NCBI GenBank assembly: GCA_964016885.1 | Contig: OZ024743.1 | Location: forward strand, 377,518,001 to 377,582,000 | From: Eledone cirrhosa | Lineage: Eukaryota | Direction: 5' to 3' | DNA: 64,000 bases | Part shown: one piece after another, positions 40,008 to 52,700 of the stretch | How positions within the stretch are numbered: position 1 is the stretch's first letter | Layout of the letters: each line of letters opens with the position of its first letter | Made by a program: the position numbers and the translations under genes | Notes under the pieces: model-generated | The model's database searches: none | What the model saw: only the letters and a program-made list of their open reading frames with translations | What the model was told of the DNA's origin: nothing

Positions 40008-41302
40008 AAGCATTCAATTAAAAATAGATTGACATATATATATATATATATAAAATAAACACATCAAACAATCACGGGATAATTTGTAAAGAGTTGTAGG
40101 TAACTAATTAAAATTTAACGAGAACTTCAAATAATGATTAATCTCCTTTGTATATATTTCATTAAATAAAGAAATATATTTCACCCTTAGAATTTGCATC
40201 ACCAGTCTGGAACCCCTATCTTGCTCAGAACATTGACCGCCTGTAAACTGTTCAGAGACGTGCAACCAAGCGAATACCCTCCATCAGGCATCTACCATAC
40301 TCTGAGCTCCTTGCTTCCCTGGGCATGGATACATTGAAGCTCTGACGCCTGGCAACTGACTTGGTAAACACCCACAAAATTGTTAACCATCTTGCCAACA
40401 ACAACCCTGAGTACCTTTTTGATTTCCATGTGTCTAACACACGTGGACATGCCCACAAAGTCAGAAAACAGCACAGTTCCCATGACTTTCGGAAACATTT
40501 TTTCACGCTCAGAGTTGCTGAAGCATGGAACAAACTACCTGCATCACTTGTTAGCTGTCGAGACACTGCATCCTTTAAGGCCTCCATGCTTCCCGAGATC
40601 CGCCAACACTACAGCTAACACATACACACATGTACTTCCCTGACATTTGTGTATTATTCTATGTACTATACATACACCTTTGACGAGTTGTAGTGCACCT
40701 GAGCACTTTACACAATAATTTCATTATTATTATTATTTTAATCGGTAAATCACAGTAGTCAAATCCGGGTCATCGACAAAGGAGAAGATTTAACTATCTG
40801 TGTTTACACACTAAATGCAAATCTGTGAATGACTAGAAGTATGTGTGGCATTTTCTAAAAAAATACATACATCGCGACACAGTCATCCCAGTGGTGTGAA
40901 TAGGATTACCGACAGCTAGAAATAGCAGCCAAGTCCTTTCACCTGAGAAAGCTCAACAATTAAGGAGCTGTATATATAAACAAAATTAAATTAAGGATGA
41001 GAAACATGTGCCTTAACCTCTGTAGAATATGCTCAAAGATTCTAAGGCGTAGATCCAAGCATTTATAAGGATTTGACTACTGTGAATTACCGATTAATGG
41101 TGAAATATATTTCTTTATTTAATGAAATATATACAAAGCAGATTAATCATTATTGAACGGTATCTATATTTGAAGATCTCGTTAAATTTTAATTAGTTAC
41201 CTATGTAACTATGTGCTTACACTCTTTACAAATTATCCCCTGTGATTGTTTGATGTGTTTATTTTATATATATATGTCAATCGATTTTTAATTGAATGCT
41301 TA
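40008..41302. repeat. Inverted repeat (~180-bp arms) enclosing a LINE fragment
   Basis: 40008-40185 is inverted at 41098-41302. 40970-41060 is also inverted at 41310-41410 and repeated at 43705-43765. Confidence 0.7.
40186..40738 (+). mobile_element. CR1-clade LINE 3' fragment
   Basis: LEFASPVWNPYL..VQRRATKRIP..LPY..L..L, TRGHAHKV, FFTLRVAEAWNKLP; (ATT)n tail; in-frame stops. Confidence 0.85.
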
Positions 41303-41424
41303 TCAATGCTCAGATCTATCTATCCATTAGAATCTTTCAGCATATTCTACAGAGGTTATGGTGCCTGTTTCTCAGACATGACATCCTTAATTTAATTTTG
41401 GTTATATATATATATATATATATA

Positions 41425-43660
41425 ATCATCATCATCATCATCATCACCGTTTTACGTCCGTTCTTCCACGCTAGCATGGGTTAGACGGGTTGTCCTGTTG
41501 TGGGCAGTGTCTGGTCGGCTGACCATGCCTTGCTCATACAGGAACTAATCTGGCTTGATTTCTACAGCTGGATGCCCTTCCTAACACCAACCTCATTTAC
41601 AGTGAGTGCTGGGTCCTTTTTCGTGGCGCCTACACGTCCACTTTACAGTGTGGGCTGGGTGCTTTTTTGCCGTGGCACCTCCACGACCACCTTGCGGTGG
41701 GGGCATATTGTCTATATGCTTCAGCTTGTACCCATGGGAGGTCGGGTACTCTGTATTACTGCGTGACGCCAAAAGTCACGGTCGTGTGTCATCGCCTTTG
41801 AGAGGTGTAGTTGGGTAAGGTCGGCTTTTATCACCTCATCCCAGGTCATCTTGGGTCTCCCCACTCCGCGGTTTCCATCAACTTCTAGTGCTCTGCACCT
41901 TTTTATGCAGCTGTCATCCTTCATACGTATCACATGTCCATACCAGCGCAACCGCCTCTCCTGCACACAGCATTTGATTCCTCTTATGCTCAGTCTCCCT
42001 CTCAATTTATTTATGCTTTGTCGTTCACGTATATTACTGTTACACATCCATCGGAGCATGCAGGCTTCGTTTCTCTCTAATCTACGTAAGTCTTCCACCT
42101 TCAGTGCCCAAGTCTCACTACCATGCAACATCGCTGTTCGGATACACGCATCATACAGTCTGCCTTTCATTCTGAGGGAGAAGCCTTTTGCAGCTAGCAG
42201 TTGTAGTAGTTCCCTAAACTTCTTCCATCCCGTTCTTACCGTAGTTATTGTACTTTCTGAACACCCACCTCCGCTGCTAATTCGGTCACCTAGGTAGCAG
42301 AAGCTGTCTACTGTTTCTACAGGGCCCTCCCAGAGATTGGTGGTACTTGTTTCATGTGGCTGTTTGCTGCTTGCTGTCTCAGCACAGCTGCTGCATGTGA
42401 ATCCTACATTCTTAATTAAGCTTCCTGAGATCCCGCTACATCTCTTGTGTACCCATTGTTTGCATTTGGGGCAGAGAATGGAGTTCCTACCTACACCTTT
42501 CCTACATACTGAGCAAGGCCATTTCCCTGAGGGGATCTGGGTTCTGTTTTCTCGTCTACTTACAAGGACCTTAGTCTTTGTCATTGTGACTTTGAGACCC
42601 TTTCTTTCTAGTCCCTGCTTCCAAGTTTGGAATTTATTCTCTAGTTCTACCATAGATTCAGCTATGAGTGCGAGGTCATCAGCATACAGGAGTTCCCATG
42701 GGCATCCGGTCTTAAACTCCTCCGTTATTGCCTGCAGGACTATGATGAACAGGAGGGGGCTAAGAACAGAGCCCTGGTGGACCCAACCTGTATGCTAAAT
42801 TCCTCGCTATACTCATTGCTAATCCTAACTTTGCTGACAGCTCCCCTATACATGGCTTGTACCTCTTTCACAAGCCATTCATCTACTCCTAGTTTTCTAA
42901 GAGCCCACCATATTACAGCACGTGGAACTCTGTCAAAGGCTTTCTCAAGGTCGACAAATGCCAAGTAGAGTGGCTTACTTTTAGCTAGGTACTTTTCCTG
43001 TAATTGCCTTACAAGGAAGAAGGCATCAGTGGTGCTTCTTTCTGGTACAAACCCAAATTGCATCTCGTCTATTTTCATCCGGTCCCTAATCAGCTGTGCT
43101 ATAACTCTTTCTGTTACTTTCATGACCTGGTCCATCAACTTTATACCTCTATAGTTTCCTCTATCTAGTGCATCGCCTTTACCTTTGTAGTAGTTGACAA
43201 TGATGCTACTGCACCAATCTTTTGGTATGGCACCTTCTAGTATTACCTGGTTAACGATACGTGTGGTTATAGTGTGACCTACAGACCCAGATGCCTTCAG
43301 CATCTCGGGAGCTATACCCGATGGACCGGTTGCCTTCCCCATCTTCATATCTTTGATTGCCTTACTTACTACGCTGCTGCTGACTTGTACTGCTGGTCCC
43401 TCTATAGGGTCTACTTGGCGTAGGGTATCTTCTTCCCATGCATTCTCCTCATTTAGTAATCTATCATAATGACTCTTCCATGCATCTTTCTTCTCAGCAC
43501 TTTTGAGGGCAAGCTCACCTTTATCATTCCGGATACACTTCTCTCCAATGACATCACAACTATCTCTGACACACTGCCTCGCAATCTTGAATACCTCCTG
43601 TTTCTGGTCCTCACGTTGTAAAACATGCTTGAATTTTCTATCCTCTGCTTCCCTCCTAGC
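41425..43660 (-). mobile_element. 5'-truncated RTE LINE (subfamily A), one frameshift near 42785
   Basis: ORFs 42740-43348 and 41721-42653. (GAT)n tail. (TA)n on both sides. Confidence 0.93.
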
Positions 43661-43692
<32 letters not shown>

Positions 43693-43760
43693 AAAATTAA
43701 ATATATATATAAACCAAAATTAAATTAAGGATGTCATGTCTGAGAAACATGCACCATAAC

Positions 43761-43819
<59 letters not shown>

Positions 43820-43889
43820 GGAGCTTCCAACAGTAATGGTTGCATTCTTTAAGGGTATGTCAGTATTTATTTATAAAACTGCTCTATAT

Positions 43890-43957
43890 TATATTTTATC
43901 TGATGAAAGCACACCATAATTTAACTTGGTGTCCTTGAAATATGTATAATGAAATAA
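43890..43957 (+). ncRNA. Type I hammerhead ribozyme motif
   Basis: TATTTTAT-CTGATGA-AAGCACACCA..TGGTGTCCTT-GAAA-TATGTA-TA-ATGAAATA (8-bp stem I). Confidence 0.65.
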
Positions 43958-43996
43958 ATATGGTTTTATAAATATAGTTTCCCTTTGTTAATATTG

Positions 43997-44027
<31 letters not shown>

Positions 44028-45739
44028 GGGGGGGGGGGAGAAAATATAAACGTTACTCAATAGAGTGCATAACTCAAAGATGAGAGAGTCACTTCAGGTA
44101 GAGCTGCTATTCTTCGAATTGAGAGAACACAGCTCTGATACTATGGGGGGCATGTGGTTAGAATGTTTCAGGAAAGAATCACTGGACAGATTTTACAGGC
44201 AAAAGCAACCAGCAGGCGACCCAGAGGTAGACCCCGAGCAAGATGGTTGGATAACATCCATCAGCTTGGCTGGTCCTGCTTGGGGATCCAGTTGGATCAG
44301 TTGGAGGGAGTGTTTGAGGACTCTTCCCCCATGACCCTCTCAAGAATAAGTGGACCGAGAAGAAAGAGGAGTCCTGCAAAGTGGACTGATTCTTTCAGTA
44401 CATCTTCCTTGCTAGCCTCTATGGTAGCACATTTGCCATTTTGTCTGCCAGAACCATGACCTTCTTAGGAATAAGTGGAAGATGAGGGGAAGCAGAAGAG
44501 GCTCTCTATTACCTCCCTTTGTCACTTATCTTCTCCAGTTATTATCAATTGTCCTCCAAACGTATTGTTTTCCCTGTTGTCTCACATCTACAATATAGAT
44601 CTTCCACCATATTGTCTATACAAATAGTTTCTTCTTTAATTATACATTGACGATTTCTTTTTTTTATCCTTTTATATAACTTTTCTTTGAGTTTTTTATT
44701 ATTAAATCATCATCATTATTATCATTGTTGTTATTGTTGTTGTTATTAAGGAACCTCCTTTGTTTTAATTTTATTATCTTCCTTTTTTTAACATTGTTAA
44801 AATTTGTTTACGCGCAAAACCCACACAAGAACAACAACACACACATACACCAATACACACACCAACACACACACACTATGTTTTCGTCCTGTACTGACAT
44901 AATGTTTTTCTTGATGTAAGCCCTTTGTTATTATTATTATTGTTGTTGCTGTTGCTATTGTTGTTCTTTGTTGTTGTTGTTGTTATTGTTGTTATACTCA
45001 CTGTTCCCAGTTCCATCCATTTCTGAATCAAAGAAATATATATATATATATTCTGTCTCCATTTATTTCTATTCTCTGGGGAATTGTCTAAGTATTGTGC
45101 TTTGATATAATATTCCAGAGTGGGTTGGGGTGGGGGGAAGAACCATATATTCACTGATTGAGAATAAACAATGACAAGATATACAAGAAAAAAAACTAAA
45201 AGAAACAGAAAAAGATAAAAAAATATTATGTTGATAGCCAGTAGCTTTGGTATAAAGACCTAATGTAGGCAGTCTTTTATTGAGAGGAAATAAAGTAGGT
45301 TGTGCTTCTTTTGGAGACAGTCTTAGAAATGGTAGACATGCAATTGTGTTGAAGATTTTGAATGTCTTCTTTAAAAGCTGCTTACACTAATGTAATGCAT
45401 TAGTGTAAAAGTTGGTTGAAGGTACCAGGCAACTTAGCTAAATGAGGTACCTTGTCGTGTGTTTGGGATCTTCCTAAGATTAGTGTAAGAGTTAGTTCAG
45501 GATACAAGGCAACTTGCCTAGTACAGCACATGGTAAGAGGTACCTTGTTGAGTGTTTGGGATCTTCCTAAGATTACACTAATGTTATTATTCTCAATGTG
45601 CATCACATGTCCATACTAACTTAGTCTTCTCTCCTGCACACCACCTCATGGATTCCTCTAACCCAGCTTCTCCCTCAACTCATCCAAGCTCTGCTTACAA
45701 TGCACATCCAACGGAGCATGGTTGCTTCATTTCTATCCA

Positions 45740-45779
<40 letters not shown>

Positions 45780-45792
45780 AGTATATATATAT

Positions 45793-48314
45793 ATCATCAT
45801 CATCATCATCATCAACGTTTAACGTCCGTGTTCCACGCTTGCATGGGTTTGGACGGGGGTAGTCCCACTTGAGGCAAGAGTGATTGTCTTGCTCGCATAG
45901 GACTGTCTGGCGGGTTTTCTACAGTTGGATGCCCTTCCTAACACCAACCACATTTACAGTGTGGGGCTGGGAGGTTTTTACCGTGTTGCCTACACGGCCA
46001 CATTACAGCGTGGACTGTGTGTTTTTTTGTCGTGACACCTACACGATCTCATTTGTTTCGGCTTGGATGGTGTGGCACCAACATAACTTTACATAGGAGG
46101 GGGTGGTGTGGATGGGGGTGTGGGTGGTGGGACGGGGGTGTATTTTGTTAGAGATGCCTACTGGCTGTAGTAGGTTTTACTATGTATTTAGGTAAGGCGG
46201 GTCTTCTCTATTACTGAGTACCGCCAAAGGTCTCGGTCCAGTGACATTGTCTTGGAGAGGTGTAAGTGTGTGAGGTCGGAGTTTATCAGCTCGTCCCAGG
46301 TTTTTCTAGGTCTGCCTATTCCGTGGCTACTGTCTATCTTTATTGCCCTGCACTTTGTTATACAGCTATCGACTTTCATGCGCATCACGTGTCCATACCA
46401 ACGTAGCCTTCTCTCGAGTAAACAACATCTGATCCCTCTTATTTCTAATTTTTTCCTTAGTTTGTTTATGCTTTGCCGTTCACGTATATTACTATTACAC
46501 ATCCAGCGGAGCATGCAAGCTTCGTTCCTCTCTAGTCTGCGTATATCCTCTGCACACAATGCCCAGGTCTCACTGCCATGCAACATTGCTGTTCGTATGC
46601 AGGCATCATACAACCTGCCTTTCATTTTTAGGGAGAACCCTTTAGCGGCTAATAGTGGTATAAGCTCTCTGAACTTTTTCCATCCAGTTCTGACTCTAGC
46701 TACTGTACTTTCAGAGCACCCTCTCCCACTGCTGATTTTGTCACCCAGGTAACGGAAGCTGTCCACTATTTCTATAGAGCCCTCTGCGCAGTTGTAAGAG
46801 CTAGTATTTTGTGGGCACTTGCTGCTACTTATTGCACCAGAGCACCGCCCACATGTAAAATCTATGTTCTTAGTTAGCTTACCTGTGATCCCACTACATC
46901 TTTTATGCACCCATACTTTGCATTTGGGACATAAAATGGAGTTTCTACCTACGCCTTTCCTACACACTGAGCATGGCCATTTCCCGGAAGGGACCGCCGC
47001 CTTATTTTCTTTCCTACAAACTAGAACTTTAGTCTTAGCCAGGTTAATTTTAAGGCCTTTTGATTCTAGGCCGTGCTTCCATGTTTGGAATTTCTTCTCT
47101 AGCTCGGCCATTGATTCAGCTATGAGTGTCAGGTCGTCTGCGTATAGGAGTTCCCATGGGCAGCCGGTCTTGAACTCCTCTGTTATAGCCTGAAGGGCAA
47201 TAATAAATAGTAGGGGGCTGAGAAAAGAGCCCTGATGGACGCCAACTTTTACGCTAAACTCTTCACTATATTCGTTGTTAATTCTAACCTTGCTGACTGT
47301 TTCTTTATACATGGCTTGTATAGCTCTCACAAGCCATTCGTCGACACCTAGTTTTCTAAGGGCCCACCAGATAATGGAACGGGGGACTCTGTCGAAGGCT
47401 TTCTCCAAGTCGACAAAAGCTAAGTAGAGGGGTTTACCTTTAGCTAGGTACTTCTGCTGTAGTTGACGTACAATGAAAAGAGCGTCTGTGGTACTTTTGC
47501 CTGACACAAACCCGAACTGCATTTCATCTAGGTCAATTCTCTCTCTGATTAGTTGCGCTATTACTTTTTCCGTGGCCTTCATGACCTGGTCGATTAATTT
47601 AATGCCTCTATAGTTACTCCTATCTAGGGCATCTCCTTTACCCTTATAACAGTTAATGATGATGCTGCTATGCCAGTCCTTCGGAACAACCCCATTCTGT
47701 ACAACTTGGTTAACTATCCGGGTGACCATGGTGTGTCCCACCGTGCCAGATGCCTTCAGCATCTCAGCAACTATTTCCGAAGGCCCAGCCGCCTTACCCG
47801 TCTTCATATCCTTGATTGCCTTACTTATTATACTACCCTCGACTAACACTGCTGGTCCCTCTATTGGGTCGATGTGGGGGAGACTGTCTTTCTCCCATTT
47901 ATTCTCCTCATTTAGTAGCCTTTCATAGTGACACTTCCAAGCTACCTTCTTATCAGCGTCGGTGATGGCAAGTACGCCGTCATCATTGAGTACACACTTC
48001 TCCCCGACAATATCACGGTTTTCCTTGACACATTGCCTAGCAATCCTGAACACCTCACGTTTTTGGTCCTCGCGTTGTAGAACATGCTTGAACTTTCTTT
48101 CCTCAGCTTCCCTTCTTGCTAAGTACACTTCTCTCCTAGCTTCCCTCCTGGCCACTTGATAGTCTTCTCTAATTCCCCCATCCCGCCATACTTTCCAAGC
48201 CTGCTTTTTGGCCTTAATTGACCCCTCCACCTTACTGTTCCACCACCATGTTACTCTCCTCCTGCCAACAGGCCTGCTCCAGCCACAGACTTCGTCTGTC
48301 GCCATCAGCAGGTT
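45793..48314 (-). mobile_element. 5'-truncated RTE LINE (subfamily B) with ~700-aa uninterrupted ORF
   Basis: ORF 46188-48305 carries the full set of RT motifs and the C4HC3 finger. (GAT)n tail. (TA)n flanks. Confidence 0.95.
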
Positions 48315-48329
48315 TATATATATATCCAG

Positions 48330-48360
<31 letters not shown>

Positions 48361-48361
48361 C

Positions 48362-48394
<33 letters not shown>

Positions 48395-48396
48395 CA

Positions 48397-48577
<181 letters not shown>

Positions 48578-48903
48578 TTGGGGAGGGTCATATTTGCGTA
48601 ATATTGCCAGAATTAATAACAGAACACACTCACTGTTTGGTTGGTTTTCGCTTCTCGCTGTCTTTTATATATATATATCTGCGATCTAACTTACTCGGTC
48701 CTCAATGCTGCCATTGACTGACCGGCGGTCAAAAATAATACAGATACAATATAGACAAACACATATATATATAGTTTACATAAATCTTTCGTTGCACATC
48801 TGCAACATCGTCAGTGGTGTTATATTCATTGTTCCTCCTGTTGTGTTGTATGTCTACGCCATTTTTTTTTTGTTCAGTCTGTCTATATATTTATTCATCG
48901 CCG

Positions 48904-48932
<29 letters not shown>

Positions 48933-48935
<3 letters not shown>

Positions 48936-49273
48936 TCATTCATCATCATTTCATTTTACGTCCACTTTTCCCTGCTTGCAAGGGTAGGACGGGAACTGAT
49001 TCTGGCTTGATTTCTACAGCTGGATGCCCTTCCTAACACCAACCTCATTTACAGTGAGTGCTGGGTACTTTTTTGCCGTGGCACCTCCACGACCACTTTG
49101 CAGTGGAATTTTAGGGACCTCAGTCCCTATCATCTCATTTCTACAGCTGAGTAAACTGGAGCAATGTGAAATAAAGTGTCTTGCTCAAGGAAACAACACA
49201 TCACCCGGTCTGGGAATTGAACTCACAACCTTTCGATTGCAAGGCCAATGCTCTAACCACTAAGCCATCTGCC
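48933..49273 (-). mobile_element. tRNA-derived SINE with an RTE-derived 3' tail
   Basis: Box A TGGCTTAGTGG, box B GAGTTCAATTC, CCTTGAGCAAGACACTT core; the 3' part matches the RTE-A 3' UTR. Confidence 0.85.
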
Positions 49274-49314
49274 TCCATATATATATATATATATACATAC
49301 ATACATACATACAT

Positions 49315-49718
49315 GGCGCATGGCTTAGTGGTTAGAGCATTGGGCTTTACAATCGAAAGGTTGTGAGTTCAATTCTCAGACCGGGTGATGTGTTGTTTCC
49401 TTGAGCAAGACACTTTATTTCACATTGCTCCAGTTTACTCAGCTGTAGAAATGCGATGATAGGACTGGGGTCCCTATCATTCCACTGCAAAGTGGTCGTG
49501 GAGGTCCCCCACGGCAAAAAAAAACACCTACCACTCACTGTAAATGAGGTTGGTGTTAGGAAGGGCATCCAGCTGTAGAAATCAAGCCAGAATCAGTTCC
49601 CATATGAGCAAGACAAGGTCAGCCAACTGGACACTGCCCACAACAGGACAACCCGTCTAACCCATGCTAGCGTAGAAGAACGGACGTAAAACGGTGATGA
49701 TAATGATGATGATGATAT
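49315..49718 (+). mobile_element. tRNA-derived SINE with an RTE-derived 3' tail (full length)
   Basis: Same head as the copy at 48933-49273. 49490-49718 closely matches 22672-22940 and ends in (GAT)n. Confidence 0.88.
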
Positions 49719-49770
49719 ATATATATACACATACATATATGTATATATTCATACATATATATATATATAT

Positions 49771-52700
49771 TGAATTCACAAGAATCAAAGTTATGTTTCA
49801 AACATTTATTCGCTGACAATTGTTTCTTCCAAACCTAGGCTTGGAGTCTTTGGAGCATTTTTAATGTTTGTACATATAATTGACCTCCTACTCAACCGAA
49901 GAATCATACAGATACATATATATATTGATGTTGTGTACAACAGTTTCATGTTTACAGTGTGGAATGGATGCAACATATATTATATTATACTATAATTGTA
50001 CAATAATTCAAATTAAGATTAAAATCAAAATTAAATTTAAAAACAAGATTAAAAGCATAGGTTGGAATACATGCGACAGATAATACAGATAATACAAGAG
50101 AATAGTATAATAATTAAATTAAAGAGATACTATATGCGTTAGTCATATATAAAGGGATGGAACAAGCAGATGTATCATGTATATATGAGTACTGTATGGC
50201 AATGTATTACATGAAATACAAGCACTTTAAGCGTATTATGGTGGTTGCAATGCGAGGATATTTTCTGTATAGTTCAAATTTGTATGTGTGCAGAAAAAGA
50301 AAGTTACAGTTTTCACATCCATCACATAAGTTACGATATATTTGTATTGAATGTTTGTTATAGTAATGGATTGTAATGTATTGCAACTTAGTGTTATTTA
50401 ATCCATATTTATAGATTAGGGTCTTTCAGCTGCAAGAATTTACAGCGGTTTAATATCCAGAAGTGGATATGTAATTGAGGGGAGCTAATGCGTAAGGGGA
50501 GGTAACTAGCTCATTATAATAGTTAAATTCATTGATCTAATAGACATTATATGGTGCCTCAATTGAGTCCCTTATATAAAAAGTTATATATTTATATTTA
50601 ATTTCAAATACAGTCTACTCTCTCATAATATATTAAAGGTTTCAATAGAAAGTTGTCTACCCAATATTATATAGTGCCATAATTGAATTTCCCATACAAA
50701 GTGCTATATATTTATATCAAATTAACCTTAAATACAGTCTACTCTCAAAACATTAAAGGTCCGATTAGATTTTTGTCTACCCAACATTTGGTAAGCTATG
50801 GAATAACGTACAGCTGTTTGCATGATAAATTAGATACATCTCTTGAGTAAATAAAGTCATCCTTTATATACAATGTTATTAATCTATACATTTAATTATA
50901 AATGTATATATAATTCATTGTTCTATATTACATATAAGTTAGATAAATCCCTTATGTTAATAAATTAATCCTATATATATACAATGTTATTAATTTATAC
51001 ATTTAATTATAAATGTATATATAATTCATTGTTGCATTTAATATTTAAAGTTTATATAAACTGTATTATATTTCAATCACTATATAATTATAAGTGATCT
51101 GAAGTAATTATATTAAAAGGTGGTGATTATAAGGATATTTCTAGAGTATAAAGCTATAGATAAAATGATTTGTGTAGAGGAAAGGGTGGATCAGAGAGTG
51201 TGATGTAGTGGTGGAAGGCAAAACCTAGAGGTGAAGTGCTAATGGTGGTGATGAGTTTAAATCTGACATTGTTATATACTAGGTTTAAAGTTTTGGAAAG
51301 AGTGTCGGAAGCGGTGTTGGCACGATGCAAACACTTCTGATTTTTTATTAAGGAGGTTAAGATTCGAAAAGATTATAGTATGGGTCTCTAGTAGACAGAG
51401 GTTACAAAATTTATTAGGTGGTTTATACGATGCAGCCTTACCTACCACTTCCCATTGAAGTGTATATGATCTATTCCTAGTTTTCAGATAGTGTATGTAG
51501 CTAGATAGTGAAGTGGAATTGGCTAGATTGTGTTTTTTGAAAGAATGGAGGTATGAGTTGTATCTCGTCTTGAAGCAGTTCGAAGTAGAGCCTATATAGG
51601 TTTCAGAAGAGTTGTTAGTGTTGACCCTGCATGTGTAAATGATGTCCTTGATTAAGCAGTTGTTACTTAAAGGGCAGGTTCTATTTGATCTACAGTTACA
51701 TTTATTTTGGATGTTATCTTGTCGGTTATTATGTTGTGTAGAAGTCTGGTTGCTAGGTATTGCATTAGGGCTATGATGGTTGTCATTCCTAATGTTATTG
51801 ATTTCATTAGTGTTATTACTATTGTTATTAGAGTTTGTAGTTATTATGTTGTTTTGAAAGTTTACCCCCTGCTGTGTTTTAGTTTGTTGAAAATAAGTAT
51901 TAATCTTTCTTTTATTACTAATAGCTATATGGTATGCTATGTTAGGTGTGGTAGAGTAGGAGATTTTAATGGTGTTTTTATTTATAAGACTATGGTACTT
52001 GTAGCCAGATGTGAAGTTTTTATCCAGGATTGAGAAGAAAGCTTTAGGTAAGTTGGTAGAGACGTTTAGATTGAAAAGGGGATTGAAAAATGTATTAGTT
52101 CTTCTTCTATTTTTGTTTTTTATATTTATTGAGGTACTTCTGTTTATAGTATTTTGGTGTCTACTCTGGTGCGAGTTAAGTTTGATGCTACCCTTCGTAT
52201 TAGTGTAAGTGTGGTTATTATTCTTATTACTATTTCTCCTCATGGCTATATTGTGAGAAATAATGTTGTAACTATGTGATTTTATAGGTAGGAACTCAAT
52301 CCCATTATTATGGCCTGATTTAGCTAATGCCTGATTATAGTATTGTGAATTATTGCTAAATATGGTTTCGTTATAAGATAGATTAGAAATTCTATTAGAT
52401 ATTCCTTTAGTGATTGAGTTTAATATGGATCTAGGGTGGTTAGACTTGGTATCTACGTAAATCAGTTTTTCGTTAGGTTTATGGAATGGTGTATATATCT
52501 TAGAGTCTAGGTAAAGGGTAGCATCAAGGAAGTTAACATTTTTAGTGTTTTTGTCTAAGGTGATACTTAGGTTATAGTTTTTGAAAGTTTTATGTAATAG
52601 TTTCCTAGTTCTTTCTATATTAAATTTTTTATAGTCTATATGGAGTAGTGCATCATCGCGGTATAAACCACCATTGAGGTAGGGTAGGTTCTTATGAATT

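Noticed and set aside
44700-45600. Possible old LINE remnant with a short ~40-bp duplication
   Set aside because: No motif could be identified with confidence.
46252-48159. Long ORFs antisense to the RTE and Gypsy coding regions
   Set aside because: Shadow ORFs of the real TE frames with no recognisable domains.
49315-49390. tRNA gene
   Set aside because: The tRNA-like head continues into a SINE body and LINE tail, with no clean acceptor stem.
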